DNA of 64,000 nucleotides from Candidatus Kaiserbacteria bacterium (GTDB lineage Bacteria > Patescibacteriota > Minisyncoccia > Phycocordibacterales > Phycocordibacteraceae): assembly GCA_023264445.1 (NCBI GenBank), contig JAHFMN010000002.1:2365-66364 (forward strand), written 5' to 3'. Shown piece after piece: positions 1 through 9,968 of the stretch. Position 1 is the first letter of the stretch. Every line of letters starts with the position of its first letter. The position numbers and the translations under genes were made by a program. The notes under the pieces were generated by a model, which saw nothing but the letters and a program-made list of their open reading frames with translations, did no database searches and was not told where the DNA came from.

Positions 1-169
1 GAAGCGCGTTGATGACCTGCGTAACGACGCGGCCAAGACCGACGCCGACGAGCCAGCCGACGATGAAGATGACGATTGCAACGACTAAATTAGGGATGAA
101 TGCCACCAGTCCGTAGAAAAGATTCTGGAAAGACTGGCTCAATACATCCGCCCAAGTGGTAAACACCAT
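1..169 (-). CDS. 5' part of a TM-helix/CmpX-like small mechanosensitive-channel-family membrane protein (runs off window)
   Basis: Manual translation from ATG 169: MVFTTWADVLSQSFQNLFYGLVAFIPNLVVAIVIFIVGWLVGVGLGRVV; the FIPNLVVA..I..VGW pattern is typical of this family. Confidence 0.7.
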   Translation of the reverse strand, partial: MVFTTWADVLSQSFQNLFYGLVAFIPNLVVAIVIFIVGWLVGVGLGRVVTQVINAL

Positions 170-231
170 AATGAATAATGCTTTGTTTTATGCGGCTAAT
201 ATGCGAGCACCTGCCATAAATTGTAGCATTT

Positions 232-801
232 TTATAGCCCTATTTTGTCGATAAGAAGGCGGTGTGGATAATCAAAAACATCCCGTAACAAGCGATCATA
301 CACCCCGAATCGATAGCGGAAGTCGGCCGTCGAGAAAGATGCGTAGCGAATTTCGCGACCAAGCTCGGCTTCAAGGGCATGCACGACACTTGCAAGGGTG
401 CGTTCATCTAAATGGTCCCCCACGACAAGCAGATCAACCTGAGGTTCGAGGATGCCGGTGAAATGCCCGGAGAGCGCGACGAGTCGGAGCGTACCGGCAC
501 GCTTCAAGGCCGCGATGATATTGCGCGGTCGCACCGCAGTAGTTTCGCGGATGAAGGTATCGAGAGCGGCGAGGTGTTCAAAACTCGGATTGACCCGATA
601 CGTTGCCGCGGCGCGCGTTCCCTTCTTTCGGAGCAAACCCGCGGCGAGCAATTCGCTGACTTCGCGGCGTACTGCTTCCTTCCCAAGCTTCGTCCTGATA
701 GAAATCTCCGCGAGGGTAAGGGCTGATTCTTGGTTGAATACAAACAAACGGAGCATTTTCAGGCGAGCGGGTGATCCGAAGAGTCTTGAAAGCCGGTCCA
801 T
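232..801 (-). CDS. wHTH + nucleotidyltransferase-like domain protein (putative regulator)
   Basis: N-terminal HTH (LFGSPARLKMLRLF...EL..GLL) plus C-terminal VDLLVVG NTase-like motif; start re-assigned to ATG 801 after a TACACT -10 box. Confidence 0.7.
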   Translation of the reverse strand: MDRLSRLFGSPARLKMLRLFVFNQESALTLAEISIRTKLGKEAVRREVSELLAAGLLRKKGTRAAATYRVNPSFEHLAALDTFIRETTAVRPRNIIAALKRAGTLRLVALSGHFTGILEPQVDLLVVGDHLDERTLASVVHALEAELGREIRYASFSTADFRYRFGVYDRLLRDVFDYPHRLLIDKIGL

Positions 802-836
802 GGATCCTGCCAGTGTAGACGCTTCTCCCGCCAAAA

Positions 837-876
837 GCAAAACCGGCCTCCGCCAAGGGCGGAGGCCGGTTTTTGC
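837..876 (-). terminator. Intrinsic terminator of rplJL
   Basis: GCAAAACCGGCCTCCGCC-AAG-GGCGGAGGCCGGTTTTTGC inverted repeat right after the rplL stop. Confidence 0.8.
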
Positions 877-885
877 GAGACTTTT

Positions 886-1308
886 TTACTTCAAGGTCAC
901 CTTCGCTCCAGCCGCTTCGAGTTTCTTTGCAAGCTCAGCAGCGTCTTCCTTCTTCATGCCTTGTTTCAGCATTGACGGGGCGCCGTCAACGAGATCCTTC
1001 GCCTCCTTAAGACCGAGAGCAAGTGCTTCCTTCACCGCCTTGATGACGGCAATCTTGCTCGCGCCCGCGTCCGTCAGTTCGACATCCGCAGTCGACTTCC
1101 CTTCTTCAGCCGGCGCACCGGCTGCTGCAGGACCTGCTACCGCGACGGCCGCAGCGCTCACACCAAACTTCTTTTCAAGCACCTTCACGAGCTCGGAAAG
1201 TTCGACGACCGTCATAGCCTCAACCTCCTCGACAAGCTTCTTGAATTTGCTCGGTACCTCGACCGGAGTCTCGGAACCTTCGACTGCTACTGTGTTGTTT
1301 TCATCCAT
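886..1308 (-). CDS. rplL: 50S ribosomal protein L7/L12
   Basis: [43 protein letters not shown] motifs. Confidence 0.98.
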   Translation of the reverse strand: MDENNTVAVEGSETPVEVPSKFKKLVEEVEAMTVVELSELVKVLEKKFGVSAAAVAVAGPAAAGAPAEEGKSTADVELTDAGASKIAVIKAVKEALALGLKEAKDLVDGAPSMLKQGMKKEDAAELAKKLEAAGAKVTLK

Positions 1309-1310
1309 AA

Positions 1311-1802
1311 TTATTGCTTTTTCTTACTAATGTGATCCAGAGCGATGACCAATCCCTGTATCGGCGAATTGATGACATTGACGAACATACCTCGCAGGAC
1401 GGGCAGCGGCGGAATCGTCGCGATGCCAATCATCTGCTTTGCGTCGAGAAATGCTCCCTCAAATACGCCGCCAAGGAGCGCGAGCGCACCCTTTAGCTTC
1501 TTGCCGTATTCATGCACGCCGCGAGCGGGTGCTGTAATGTCGTCATTTGTCCACGCGATAGCAACTTCGCCAGGAAGCTCTGGGGCTTGACCTTCGTACC
1601 CGAGCTCCTTGAGCGCGAGGCGAAGCAGAGTCTTCTTCGCGACGTAGTATTTTACGCCAGCTTTCGAAAGCTCATTACGCATGCTTGATGCATCCTTCAC
1701 GGTAAGCTTATTGAAGCCAACAAACACGACCGAGGTCGCTTCTTTGAGCGCATCCGTGAGCTTCGCGAGTATCGCGCGCTTCTTATCTTTTGATATTGCC
1801 AT
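1311..1802 (-). CDS. rplJ: 50S ribosomal protein L10
   Basis: [11 protein letters not shown] and GGVFEG motifs; directly upstream of rplL. Confidence 0.96.
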   Translation of the reverse strand: MAISKDKKRAILAKLTDALKEATSVVFVGFNKLTVKDASSMRNELSKAGVKYYVAKKTLLRLALKELGYEGQAPELPGEVAIAWTNDDITAPARGVHEYGKKLKGALALLGGVFEGAFLDAKQMIGIATIPPLPVLRGMFVNVINSPIQGLVIALDHISKKKQ

Positions 1803-1809
1803 ATGCTAT

Positions 1810-1895
1810 TTCATACGAACGAAATAAAGGAGAGTTCGACCGTTATGTGGTCTCCCTGCGCCGGACTTATAATCGCCAGCGGTCTTCGGTTCGTA
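1810..1895 (-). promoter_or_regulatory. L10 leader (autoregulatory mRNA element)
   Basis: Minus strand CCGAAGACCGCTGG...CCGGCGCAGGG resembles the GAAGACCGCAGG...CCUGCGUAG core of L10 leaders and lies upstream of rplJ. Confidence 0.65.
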
Positions 1896-1941
1896 CAAGG
1901 CGCACTCTACCAGTTGCAGAGTCTCATCGCAAGTTTTTTGT

Positions 1942-2085
1942 CTAACGCATCGCGGCGGAAGCGACGTGGAGCGTGAGGAGGGCCGCCGCAACGATGGCGG
2001 CAAATCCGGAAGAGAATTTTACGAATTCAATGAAAAAAGGAAGAGCTTTCCGTTCAGTATCGCGATTATTTTTTTGATTGTGCAT
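1942..2085 (-). CDS. Possible 47-aa single-TM protein
   Basis: MHNQKNNRDTERKALPFFIEFVKFSSGFAAIVAAALLTLHVASAAMR; overlaps the end of the upstream gene. Confidence 0.4.
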   Translation of the reverse strand: MHNQKNNRDTERKALPFFIEFVKFSSGFAAIVAAALLTLHVASAAMR

Positions 2086-4306
2086 AGGTAGTGATGGCGG
2101 CAAGAAAGTTCTGGTCGGTCGCAAGCATCGTAGGATCTTCAGTCCGCAGTTTCTCGACAATCCGCAATGCGGCGGCTGGATCGCCAGCAAGATACGTTAC
2201 CTTTGCGAGATCATAGAGTGCATCGTAGTCGGAAGGATTCTCCGCAACCAGATCCGCAAGAAAAGGAACGGCATGTTTCCAATCCCCTATCGCAATATAA
2301 TACTTCACTGCTGGGCCGGCCGCCGCCGGATCCGAATTTTTGTATAGAGGGAAGGCACTATCGGCCCATTCTTTCGCAGCGACTCTGTCGCCGAGCTTGA
2401 AATACAGTGTCGCAAGAACGTACCTCGGCACAGGGAGCATGGGTTCTTTCTGCACGTATGTCTTGAGTACGGCTATTGCTTCTTCAAAATACGTTCCCTG
2501 CAGCGCACTGCCGAGTGGAAGACGATCAGCTTGCCGCAGATAAATATTCGCCGTCATGTACCATGCCTGGGCTCGTAGTGGCGACAATTCTAGGGCCCGC
2601 GTCAATACCTTCCTATCGAAGGTGTCATCCACGACGACTTCCGGCGGCGCCGTATCGATAACGTGTCCGAGATAGGTCGCGGTTCGTGCATCATACGGAT
2701 ATCGTTCGAAATTCGTCGTCAGCGTAGAAAGCGCGAAGTCATAAGCGGCCACGCGGTTCGCTCCCGTAAGCTGTACCACTTGATGGGCCGTAAACATATC
2801 ATACGCCTGATAGCCGTATTCCAGATTGGCATACGTATGGAGCGCAAGTCCTTTCGTAAAGAGTGTGTTCGCTCCATTCACATCAATGAGGTGCAGACGA
2901 TACCCCTTCGTCAGCAGGATATTCGCGTACAGCGGCATCAGAACGGCCGGCACGATAAGAAATGCAATAAGTAAGGAGACAATTCCTGCCGTTATAGGCG
3001 GTGCACGCTTCTGCGAAAGCGGAACGGGAGAATCATCGGAGAGGAGGACGACGAGAAGTGCGAAGAGTGCATACAAGAGCCATAGTGATGACGGTGTATC
3101 GAAAACGAAGAAGTTCTGAATTGCGTACGTAAGAATGAGCAGGGAGAAGAGGAGACCGACGTTCATGAGACCGCGTTCCTCGCGCCGATATAATCTCAAA
3201 GCGAAGGCACCAAATGCGCCGATAAGTGCCATATAGAGTGCCAAGCCGAACACGCCATATTGCACGAAATAGTCGAGGAAGGCGTTGTGCGAACGATCAA
3301 ACCATTGCTCAACGATTTTACCCGGGTCATAGACCTTGTCGAAGAGTCGTGCAATATGTTCCGCTCCATAGCCAGAAAGAGGATGCTGCAATGCTTCTTG
3401 CGTCAGGTGCGACCAGACGAACAGACGGCTACTGACGGTTCCGTCGGAGAGCGAAATGGAGGCGATGCGTTTTACAGGCTCAAAGGAGCTCTGCGCAAGT
3501 TCGCTGCGGAAGACGAAAAAAAGACCACCAAGAATGGCCAGGATAAGGAGTCCATACCGTGCGATACGCTGTATCTTCTCCTCCCCTTTCCATGCAGCAA
3601 AAACGAGAGCAACGACTCCCGCACCAAGGAGGGCGAGTATCGTACCGCGCGTTGCAGCAAGGACGATTGCGAGTACCGAGAGAACGGCCGCCGTCGCATA
3701 GAGACGACGCCACAGACCCTGCGAATCCCGTAGCACAATCAAAATGATGAAGAAAGACATGCCGAGATACCCTGCAAGAAACGCCGCATTCCCAAACGTA
3801 CTGCCGATACGGCCGGTAACCGGCGGTAAGAACCATGCCCTTCCACCAACGGCCGCTGTTATCCACTGAAGAACGGCTATGGCCGCGACGAGACCCGCGA
3901 CGACAGCGACCGTCTTTGCGAATCGCTCCAGAAAAGCACGGTCGGCAGAAAGCACGATGAGATAGAAGAAAATGGTGACGACCGTGGAGGTCAAGAGCCC
4001 ATCGCCGCGTTCAAAAATACCCCAGAAACTATGATAGAAATCGAAACCGAAGAACGAAGTGACATACGCGACGAGGAGCAAAAGCGCAGGAATCCACGTT
4101 GCGGGGGTTTTCAAACGCCCATAGAAGAAAGGCTCCCCAATAAGCTTCAGATAGGTGAAAATCGCGAGTGCCAGGATCCCAAAGCCCTGAAGCAGGAACG
4201 TTTTCGGCGCGACATACGGGTAAAGTATCCCTCCGATATAGACGAGCGGCAAAACGGCGGGTGCAAGGAGCACATACGGGAATAAGTGTTTCAAGCGGTA
4301 TCTCAT
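2066..4306 (-). CDS. O-antigen ligase/oligosaccharyltransferase-like (Wzy_C) membrane protein with C-terminal TPRs
   Basis: Many TM helices; STFGNAAFLAGY, TRGTIL, SR..VW and DRSHNAFLD motifs; helical repeat tail; ATGA overlap with the upstream gene. Confidence 0.85.
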   Translation of the reverse strand: MRYRLKHLFPYVLLAPAVLPLVYIGGILYPYVAPKTFLLQGFGILALAIFTYLKLIGEPFFYGRLKTPATWIPALLLLVAYVTSFFGFDFYHSFWGIFERGDGLLTSTVVTIFFYLIVLSADRAFLERFAKTVAVVAGLVAAIAVLQWITAAVGGRAWFLPPVTGRIGSTFGNAAFLAGYLGMSFFIILIVLRDSQGLWRRLYATAAVLSVLAIVLAATRGTILALLGAGVVALVFAAWKGEEKIQRIARYGLLILAILGGLFFVFRSELAQSSFEPVKRIASISLSDGTVSSRLFVWSHLTQEALQHPLSGYGAEHIARLFDKVYDPGKIVEQWFDRSHNAFLDYFVQYGVFGLALYMALIGAFGAFALRLYRREERGLMNVGLLFSLLILTYAIQNFFVFDTPSSLWLLYALFALLVVLLSDDSPVPLSQKRAPPITAGIVSLLIAFLIVPAVLMPLYANILLTKGYRLHLIDVNGANTLFTKGLALHTYANLEYGYQAYDMFTAHQVVQLTGANRVAAYDFALSTLTTNFERYPYDARTATYLGHVIDTAPPEVVVDDTFDRKVLTRALELSPLRAQAWYMTANIYLRQADRLPLGSALQGTYFEEAIAVLKTYVQKEPMLPVPRYVLATLYFKLGDRVAAKEWADSAFPLYKNSDPAAAGPAVKYYIAIGDWKHAVPFLADLVAENPSDYDALYDLAKVTYLAGDPAAALRIVEKLRTEDPTMLATDQNFLAAITTYAQSKK

Positions 4307-5010
4307 GACTGCTGTTCCCAATCCGAGCGGAGTATGAGCACTTCCGAGTCTTGCCCGAGATTCTTAAGTGCAATCGTGAATGCTTTTTCTATAGCGGTTT
4401 TTTCATTCGGCACGTTTCTCACGAGAAATGAGAGATACGCGTATTGATATTGTTTCAGGAACGGTTGTACCAATGATGCCTTCTCATACGCTATCTGTGC
4501 AGTACGGAGAGCACCGAGCTTCTCCATAAGAACGCCGAGGTTATACCAAGGAAGACCAGCCGTCTCTCCGCCAGCTTGTACTGCTTTATTGAGGAAGGTG
4601 AACTCCTGCTTCCCGTCTCCAAGCAAATCGTACTGATTGGCGATGCTCACATAGAGGTTCATGTCGGGACTCACCCCTTTCCCGATGAGATCCGATAGGC
4701 GCGTAATCTCCTGATGTGCTTTCGAGATGAGCTCCGAAGTATCCGAATAGGCTCCTTTGAAATCCCAGGACACAATCTGATCTCCGGACGCAAGCGTAAG
4801 CGGTTGAGGATGCTTGGTTTCGAGTACTGGATTCGAAATTTGTATCGAAGGGGTTTCCTGTGCAGAAGAAGTCGCGCTTGTAATTTCAAAATCAGTCCCA
4901 GAAGGAACGGCGGGAGGCGTAGCGGGTGTGTACGACAGAGAAAGATAGAGACCGGCAGCAACGAGCACGATTCCAAGAGCCCCGGTTATATACAAACCCG
5001 TCCTATTCAT
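4303..5010 (-). CDS. Membrane-anchored TPR-containing protein
   Basis: N-terminal TM; PWYNLGVLMEKLG..A..AYEKA TPR-like repeat; TG-TATGCT -10 box before ATG 5010. Confidence 0.7.
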   Translation of the reverse strand: MNRTGLYITGALGIVLVAAGLYLSLSYTPATPPAVPSGTDFEITSATSSAQETPSIQISNPVLETKHPQPLTLASGDQIVSWDFKGAYSDTSELISKAHQEITRLSDLIGKGVSPDMNLYVSIANQYDLLGDGKQEFTFLNKAVQAGGETAGLPWYNLGVLMEKLGALRTAQIAYEKASLVQPFLKQYQYAYLSFLVRNVPNEKTAIEKAFTIALKNLGQDSEVLILRSDWEQQS

Positions 5011-5033
5011 ATGGCGAAAGCATACCATAAAAC

Positions 5034-5063
5034 GCAAAACCACCCTCGAAAGGGTGGTTTTGC
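5034..5063 (-). terminator. Intrinsic terminator of the large surface-protein gene
   Basis: GCAAAACCACCCT-CGAA-AGGGTGGTTTTGC perfect hairpin. Confidence 0.8.
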
Positions 5064-5129
5064 TTGCTCGGACCGATTCTCCGAGCCGGAATCTCAAGCG
5101 CTTATGCGCAAGAGATCATGAACCTAGGC

Positions 5130-8100
5130 TTAGATAGACGCTGAACGCGTTCCGATCGTAAGCGGAAGATTCTTCACGAGGTAATCGCTTGCCCAGTCGG
5201 ACGTAGCCGTGCTGTGCACCGTCGAGATCGACGACTTGTCAGTCCAAGTGAAGGATGGGGTTGTGCCCGCATCAGTTCCGACCTGAGCTGCTGTAGCAGT
5301 CGTAGAAGCCGTGGTCTGCGGATTTGCGATCGACACATCGAGGACGTTCTGTCCTGACGTTGTCACACCAGCAATCGTGCCACGGAGTTCATACGTGAGG
5401 CTTGTGCCAGCCGGAACCGTCTGCTCCGAAGTCGGAGTGAAGACGAGGTTCAGGTTGCTTGCGCCTGCTGCCGCAGTAACCGGGAAGGATTCAAGAGCTG
5501 CACCGATCGTCGCAGCCGTTGTGGTTGCGAAGCTACCGCCGATAGAGTTGGAGCCCTGCCACAACTTCACCGTAGAGGTTGCGCCGATGGTAATCGCCGC
5601 AGTCTTGTTGATGTTGAAGGCAAGCTTTGCCCAACCGATATCACCAGCCGCGTCTGCCGTTACCTTGAAGCGACCGAGTACCTGGTTAGAACCACCGGTA
5701 AGGGCCGTGCTGTCAAGAGCAACTGCAGAGATTGTCGGGGCTGATTTGCGAACATAGAGCGTGCCTTTACCAGTCGTGCCCGCACCGTTAAGGTCGGCGC
5801 CCGCGATGGTAGTGCTTGCCGTGCCCGCAGAGTCAGTCGCGCGGAAGCCTTCGTTCCAGTCAAGAACCGAGGAGATCGCAGAACCGGACGTAGCGCCGGA
5901 TTCGATCGTCGGAACGCTGACATAGACATCAAGCTTCTTCGTGGTGTTCTTCGGGACGAAGAACGAGAGGCCAGTGAAGGTCGCCGTTGCATAGACTTGC
6001 GACGTTGACGGGAGAGCAAGAACTGCTGTCGATTCCGTCTGCGTGCCACTTGCGTTCGGGTAGCTCAAGATGACCGAAGTGACCGACGTTGCGGCACCAT
6101 TCGGAATCTTGATATTGACCTTATCAACCGTGAACGATGAGTACTGCGATGTGAAGTCGAACGAGCCGACTTTCACGTGCGTAGAACCAGCGACCACGAT
6201 TGTGTCATCCGGCGATACTCCGACTGCACCCGAAAGGGCGGCAGTACCGAGCGTAATCGTCTGAAGCGTTGCGGTTGTAGCGGTTGCATCACCGAAGGTT
6301 ACGGCGCTACCGGTAGAGGCACCAGTACCCGAACCATCGACGTTTGCTGCCCACGGACCAGCCTCGCTGCCGGACTTCACAGTTCCGTAGATGTTGATGA
6401 CCTTCGTTCCGGAAGCCGGAATGTTGAGGTTCACCGAGAACGAGTTGCCAGAGCTGCCGGAGGCCGGAGTGACTTTCGTTGTTCCGATCTGGGCACCCGT
6501 CGCATCGTCCTTCAGCATGAGGTCGGTCACAGACGCGGACTCATTTGCCGAAAGCGTAACGGAGATTGTGTTGACATTCACTCCTTCCGAAGCGCCGGCC
6601 GAGAGCGTAAACGCACCAAGGCGGGCATTTTGCGTACCTGCGATGATGGTCTGGTTGCCGTAGCCGGAGTACTTCGTCAGTGTGACCGCCGAGGACGAGA
6701 TCGTGATGGAATTACCCGTCACATTCGAACCCGGTACGTCGACAGTCGAGAGTGAGTTCTGTCCTTGGCCGTTCGCAGCTCCCGAAGTGTACGAGAGCTG
6801 TATCTGGGCCGAGTCACCATCGGCGTAGGAAGCGCCGGTCGTCGTCTTGGCATCTGCATAGATGTCAACGATGGCCGTCTGTCCTGCCTTCAGGATGAAG
6901 GATGAGCCGAAGGTGAAGTTCACGTTCGTAGCATCAGTGAGGTCCTTGGTAGAACCGACCTGGACACCGTTAAGGAAGACCTTACCGTTGTCGAGGCCGT
7001 GGTCAAGCGTCGTGAGCGCCTGGACGTCGAGGTTGTCAATTTTGACATCTTCGCCGGCCGCACGCATCTCGAAGGTTGCCCACTTCACGTTCGATGCACT
7101 GACTGCAACGTTCGAAGACGGAGAGCTTGCAGCCTTTGTGACCGAGACGGTTCCCGAAGAAATCGTCGCAGAGGTCGCTGCGCGAGCGGAGAACGTACCA
7201 GTCGAGCTGGAGCCGTTACCGGTTGCGAGGACTGGCTGATTAAGATCCGTATCGATCATCTGCGCGTCAGAAGCGCGTCGAAGCGAGAACTGGAACGTGT
7301 TGCCCGAACCGTTGACGATATCGCCAACGACCTTGACCACACGACCGCCCGTCTCAAGACGGACCGGTGCTGCAGAGAGGTCCCACGTTATCGTGCTGTC
7401 CTTTGCATCAAGCCCTGCGAGCGACGTTCCCACCTGTACACCGTCTACATAGAGGCGGTAGTTGATGATGTCCGTCGCGTCGATGGAACCGATGTTGCGG
7501 AGCTGGAACGACTTCATCGTTACCGCGCGCGTGCCGATCGTTACTGTGTTCTGCCAGACCGTATAGTCGTTCTGGGGAATCACAGACGAAGCGGACGGAA
7601 GCACGGATGTAGCGTACGCAACCGTTGCGAGTGTCGCAGCGGAGACCGTCTGGGTTGCTCCAGTGATTGGAAGCGCTACAGACGAATCAAGCGTACCGCT
7701 CGATGAGACCGACACAAGCTGCACGCCGATCTGCTGACCGGACGTGGAACCCGCGATATCGGCAAGGATGGAGATCGTGTAGGTCTGGCCTGCCGGAACC
7801 GTGAAGAGTCCCGTTGTGTCGTTGAAGTTGAACGCCGAGCTGCTCACGCCTGCCGAATCAGTGAGGCGCTTTGCCCCATTGTAAAGGTAGACGTTCGAGA
7901 TCGTCGAGTCGTTGCTGACGCCAATGCGCTTGAAACCAAGGCTTGTGACCTTGATGTCAGAACCGGTCGGGTTCGCGAAGGTGAACTTCGCAAGACCGCC
8001 GATCGCCTGGCCCTGCACGAGCGAGACATTGTTCGGAGAGTCAGAAGCGAGCATGACCTTAAGGCCGTTGCCCGTGCCTGCGCTCACCGGAGGTACTGTA

Positions 8101-8576
8101 GTACCGCCTGTCGTCGTACCACCGAATGCAGCGCGCGACTTAGGACCGAAGTAGCCGGCAGCAGGAGAAACACCTGCTGACGTCTGCCATGCGACTACAC
8201 CAGCCTTCGTGAGGGCACCGAAGTAGCCCGTCGCGTTTGCTGACATGTAACCGCCTGCTTTCAACGCATTCTGAAGGCAGGTGACATCTGCGCCCGTCGA
8301 GCCGACCGTAAGGTCTCTCGAGAACGAGCAGCTAGATGAAACCGAGCCGCCGCCAGTCGATACCGGAGTACCGCCTGTAAGCGATGCCTGTACGTTTGCG
8401 ATCGTCGATGCATCAGCACCGAACGAAGTAAGAAGCGAGAGAATCGACTGGACCTGTGCGTCGGTCAACGACGCCGCATGCGCCATAGGCGCAAGCGAGA
8501 GCATCGAAGTTGCCATCGCGAGTCCGGTCGCCACTGCTGCGACCTTCGCGATCGCTTTTGTAGTTACCGTTTGCAT
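5130..8576 (-). CDS. Large secreted S-layer-like/surface protein with peptidoglycan-binding domain
   Basis: Signal peptide; PG_binding_1 motif (FSRDLTVGSTGADVTCLQ..L...GYFGALT..V.AWQ); ~1000 aa of S/T/G/A-rich beta-sandwich repeats. Confidence 0.85.
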   Translation of the reverse strand: MQTVTTKAIAKVAAVATGLAMATSMLSLAPMAHAASLTDAQVQSILSLLTSFGADASTIANVQASLTGGTPVSTGGGSVSSSCSFSRDLTVGSTGADVTCLQNALKAGGYMSANATGYFGALTKAGVVAWQTSAGVSPAAGYFGPKSRAAFGGTTTGGTTVPPVSAGTGNGLKVMLASDSPNNVSLVQGQAIGGLAKFTFANPTGSDIKVTSLGFKRIGVSNDSTISNVYLYNGAKRLTDSAGVSSSAFNFNDTTGLFTVPAGQTYTISILADIAGSTSGQQIGVQLVSVSSSGTLDSSVALPITGATQTVSAATLATVAYATSVLPSASSVIPQNDYTVWQNTVTIGTRAVTMKSFQLRNIGSIDATDIINYRLYVDGVQVGTSLAGLDAKDSTITWDLSAAPVRLETGGRVVKVVGDIVNGSGNTFQFSLRRASDAQMIDTDLNQPVLATGNGSSSTGTFSARAATSATISSGTVSVTKAASSPSSNVAVSASNVKWATFEMRAAGEDVKIDNLDVQALTTLDHGLDNGKVFLNGVQVGSTKDLTDATNVNFTFGSSFILKAGQTAIVDIYADAKTTTGASYADGDSAQIQLSYTSGAANGQGQNSLSTVDVPGSNVTGNSITISSSAVTLTKYSGYGNQTIIAGTQNARLGAFTLSAGASEGVNVNTISVTLSANESASVTDLMLKDDATGAQIGTTKVTPASGSSGNSFSVNLNIPASGTKVINIYGTVKSGSEAGPWAANVDGSGTGASTGSAVTFGDATATTATLQTITLGTAALSGAVGVSPDDTIVVAGSTHVKVGSFDFTSQYSSFTVDKVNIKIPNGAATSVTSVILSYPNASGTQTESTAVLALPSTSQVYATATFTGLSFFVPKNTTKKLDVYVSVPTIESGATSGSAISSVLDWNEGFRATDSAGTASTTIAGADLNGAGTTGKGTLYVRKSAPTISAVALDSTALTGGSNQVLGRFKVTADAAGDIGWAKLAFNINKTAAITIGATSTVKLWQGSNSIGGSFATTTAATIGAALESFPVTAAAGASNLNLVFTPTSEQTVPAGTSLTYELRGTIAGVTTSGQNVLDVSIANPQTTASTTATAAQVGTDAGTTPSFTWTDKSSISTVHSTATSDWASDYLVKNLPLTIGTRSASI

Positions 8577-8974
8577 AACAATTGTTAATGATTTTAGACG
8601 CACGTGATAATCAATGTTGGTTTCGCACGAGTTTAGAGAACCTGACGCACGTTCACTTTTACACTACCCCACAGCGCACGGCATCGACCAGTACGCCATG
8701 GGTTAGTTGGCAAGGGTTGATGTCTCGTTGTGACGAGACTATTTAGTTATCAAAGTACGCCCAAGGGGAACAAAAGCGTCCCCGCAAGGACTAGGATTAG
8801 TATATAGCGGGTGAGCCTGTTCCTAGGGGCTCCATGTGGATAACGATAGAAAGTAAGAAACGGAAAAAAGACCGGAAAACGGCCTCTTTTTTCGCCCTTA
8901 TGTCCTAGTCGCCATCACGGGGAGTATAGTAGCAAATACGAGGTCCCAAGTCAAAATATTACAAAATCTGCGTA

Positions 8975-9763
8975 TCAGGCGATAGAATAAGTGCTCCAAC
9001 GACGCTCTCCTTTTTTCAGCACTTTCCCTGTGTTAATGAGAACCATAAGTTCGCGCTGGATAGTTTTTTCTGAGACACCGCGCACCAGTGTAGAAATGTC
9101 CTTTATGCTCGCTATACCTTTAGTCCCTATAACGGACAATATTGCCTGTTGTCTGTCCTTTACTCGTCCTTCAGGTGTCGGCTCTATGTCCTTTAAATGA
9201 CCTTTATAAACAGTCTTGATTTGGCGGTCTTGTTGTCGCCTCGGCGTGTGACTCGACTCCTCTCTCATCGTTTGCGAAAGCGTATTCTTTGCGATAACAG
9301 AGAGCGTCGGTGTCTCATCAAGAGAGAGCCTTGGTTCTTCATAGGAGGCGATTTCTTGCAGGAGCGCATGCGTCTCTCGGGTAATCAGCTCGGCATTCAT
9401 CGAAGAAAGCAAGTGACTCGTGCGCGCCAAAGAAAGGAAGCTCGAAAGGGCTAGGAGTTCATGGGAAAGCACGGCGCGAGCAGCACCGGGTGGAAGCATC
9501 GCCGCATCTATAAGTCCGATAGCAATGGCGTCAATACGATTCTTCAAGGACACTGAGCTCTCGAACGCCGGTGTAATAAGGTGAACTGCTTTTGCGAGTC
9601 GTTCAGCTTTCTTATATATAAAGACTCTACGTATGTCCTTTTCAAATATGTTATTAAATATATTCTTTTCTAGGACAATATCATCTATTTGCCCATGTCT
9701 TACACTTGTTTGTATTTTACGTATTTCAGTGCTTTGACCTTTATATGATTGTCCTTGTCTCAT
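8975..9763 (-). CDS. Helical N-terminal domain + C-terminal DeoR-like wHTH DNA-binding protein
   Basis: C-terminal RQQAILSVI...SIKDIS....VSEKTIQREL..L...G.VLKKGERRWS.Y is an HTH-wing. Confidence 0.8.
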   Translation of the reverse strand: MRQGQSYKGQSTEIRKIQTSVRHGQIDDIVLEKNIFNNIFEKDIRRVFIYKKAERLAKAVHLITPAFESSVSLKNRIDAIAIGLIDAAMLPPGAARAVLSHELLALSSFLSLARTSHLLSSMNAELITRETHALLQEIASYEEPRLSLDETPTLSVIAKNTLSQTMREESSHTPRRQQDRQIKTVYKGHLKDIEPTPEGRVKDRQQAILSVIGTKGIASIKDISTLVRGVSEKTIQRELMVLINTGKVLKKGERRWSTYSIA

Positions 9764-9777
9764 ACTGTATCGGACAG
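9097..9777. repeat. Clustered TGTCCTT-like motif array inside the wHTH gene
   Basis: Copies or variants at 9097, 9131(rev), 9154, 9165, 9187, 9198, 9634, 9671(rev), 9735, 9750, 9771(rev). Confidence 0.6.
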
Positions 9778-9968
9778 TATACCCCGAGAGGTGTTCCCTG
9801 CAAGCCCAAACGAGCACCAAAAGAAGACTCTGCAGCTAGTTTTGATGCATAGGAAACTTGGGAAATGAACAGTGGTCGTGAAATATCCTTCCGTAGAGAC
9901 CCGTACATGCCCTCTCCACCCTAGTTTTGCTAAGCTCTCGTATTAAGCGGTGATATACTGTGTGCATC

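Noticed and set aside
452-1330. 292-aa plus-strand ORF and other long antisense ORFs (e.g. 6999-7706, 16819-17547, 22851-23996, 42347-43243)
   Set aside because: Shadows of well-supported genes or tRNAs on the opposite strand, with no recognisable motifs.
8577-8800. Riboswitch in the long leader of the surface-protein gene
   Set aside because: No recognisable aptamer; long stabilising 5' UTRs are ordinary for S-layer-type genes.
8800-8970. Replication origin
   Set aside because: Only one perfect DnaA-box-like 9-mer (8835) and no dnaA nearby; GC skew could not be computed.
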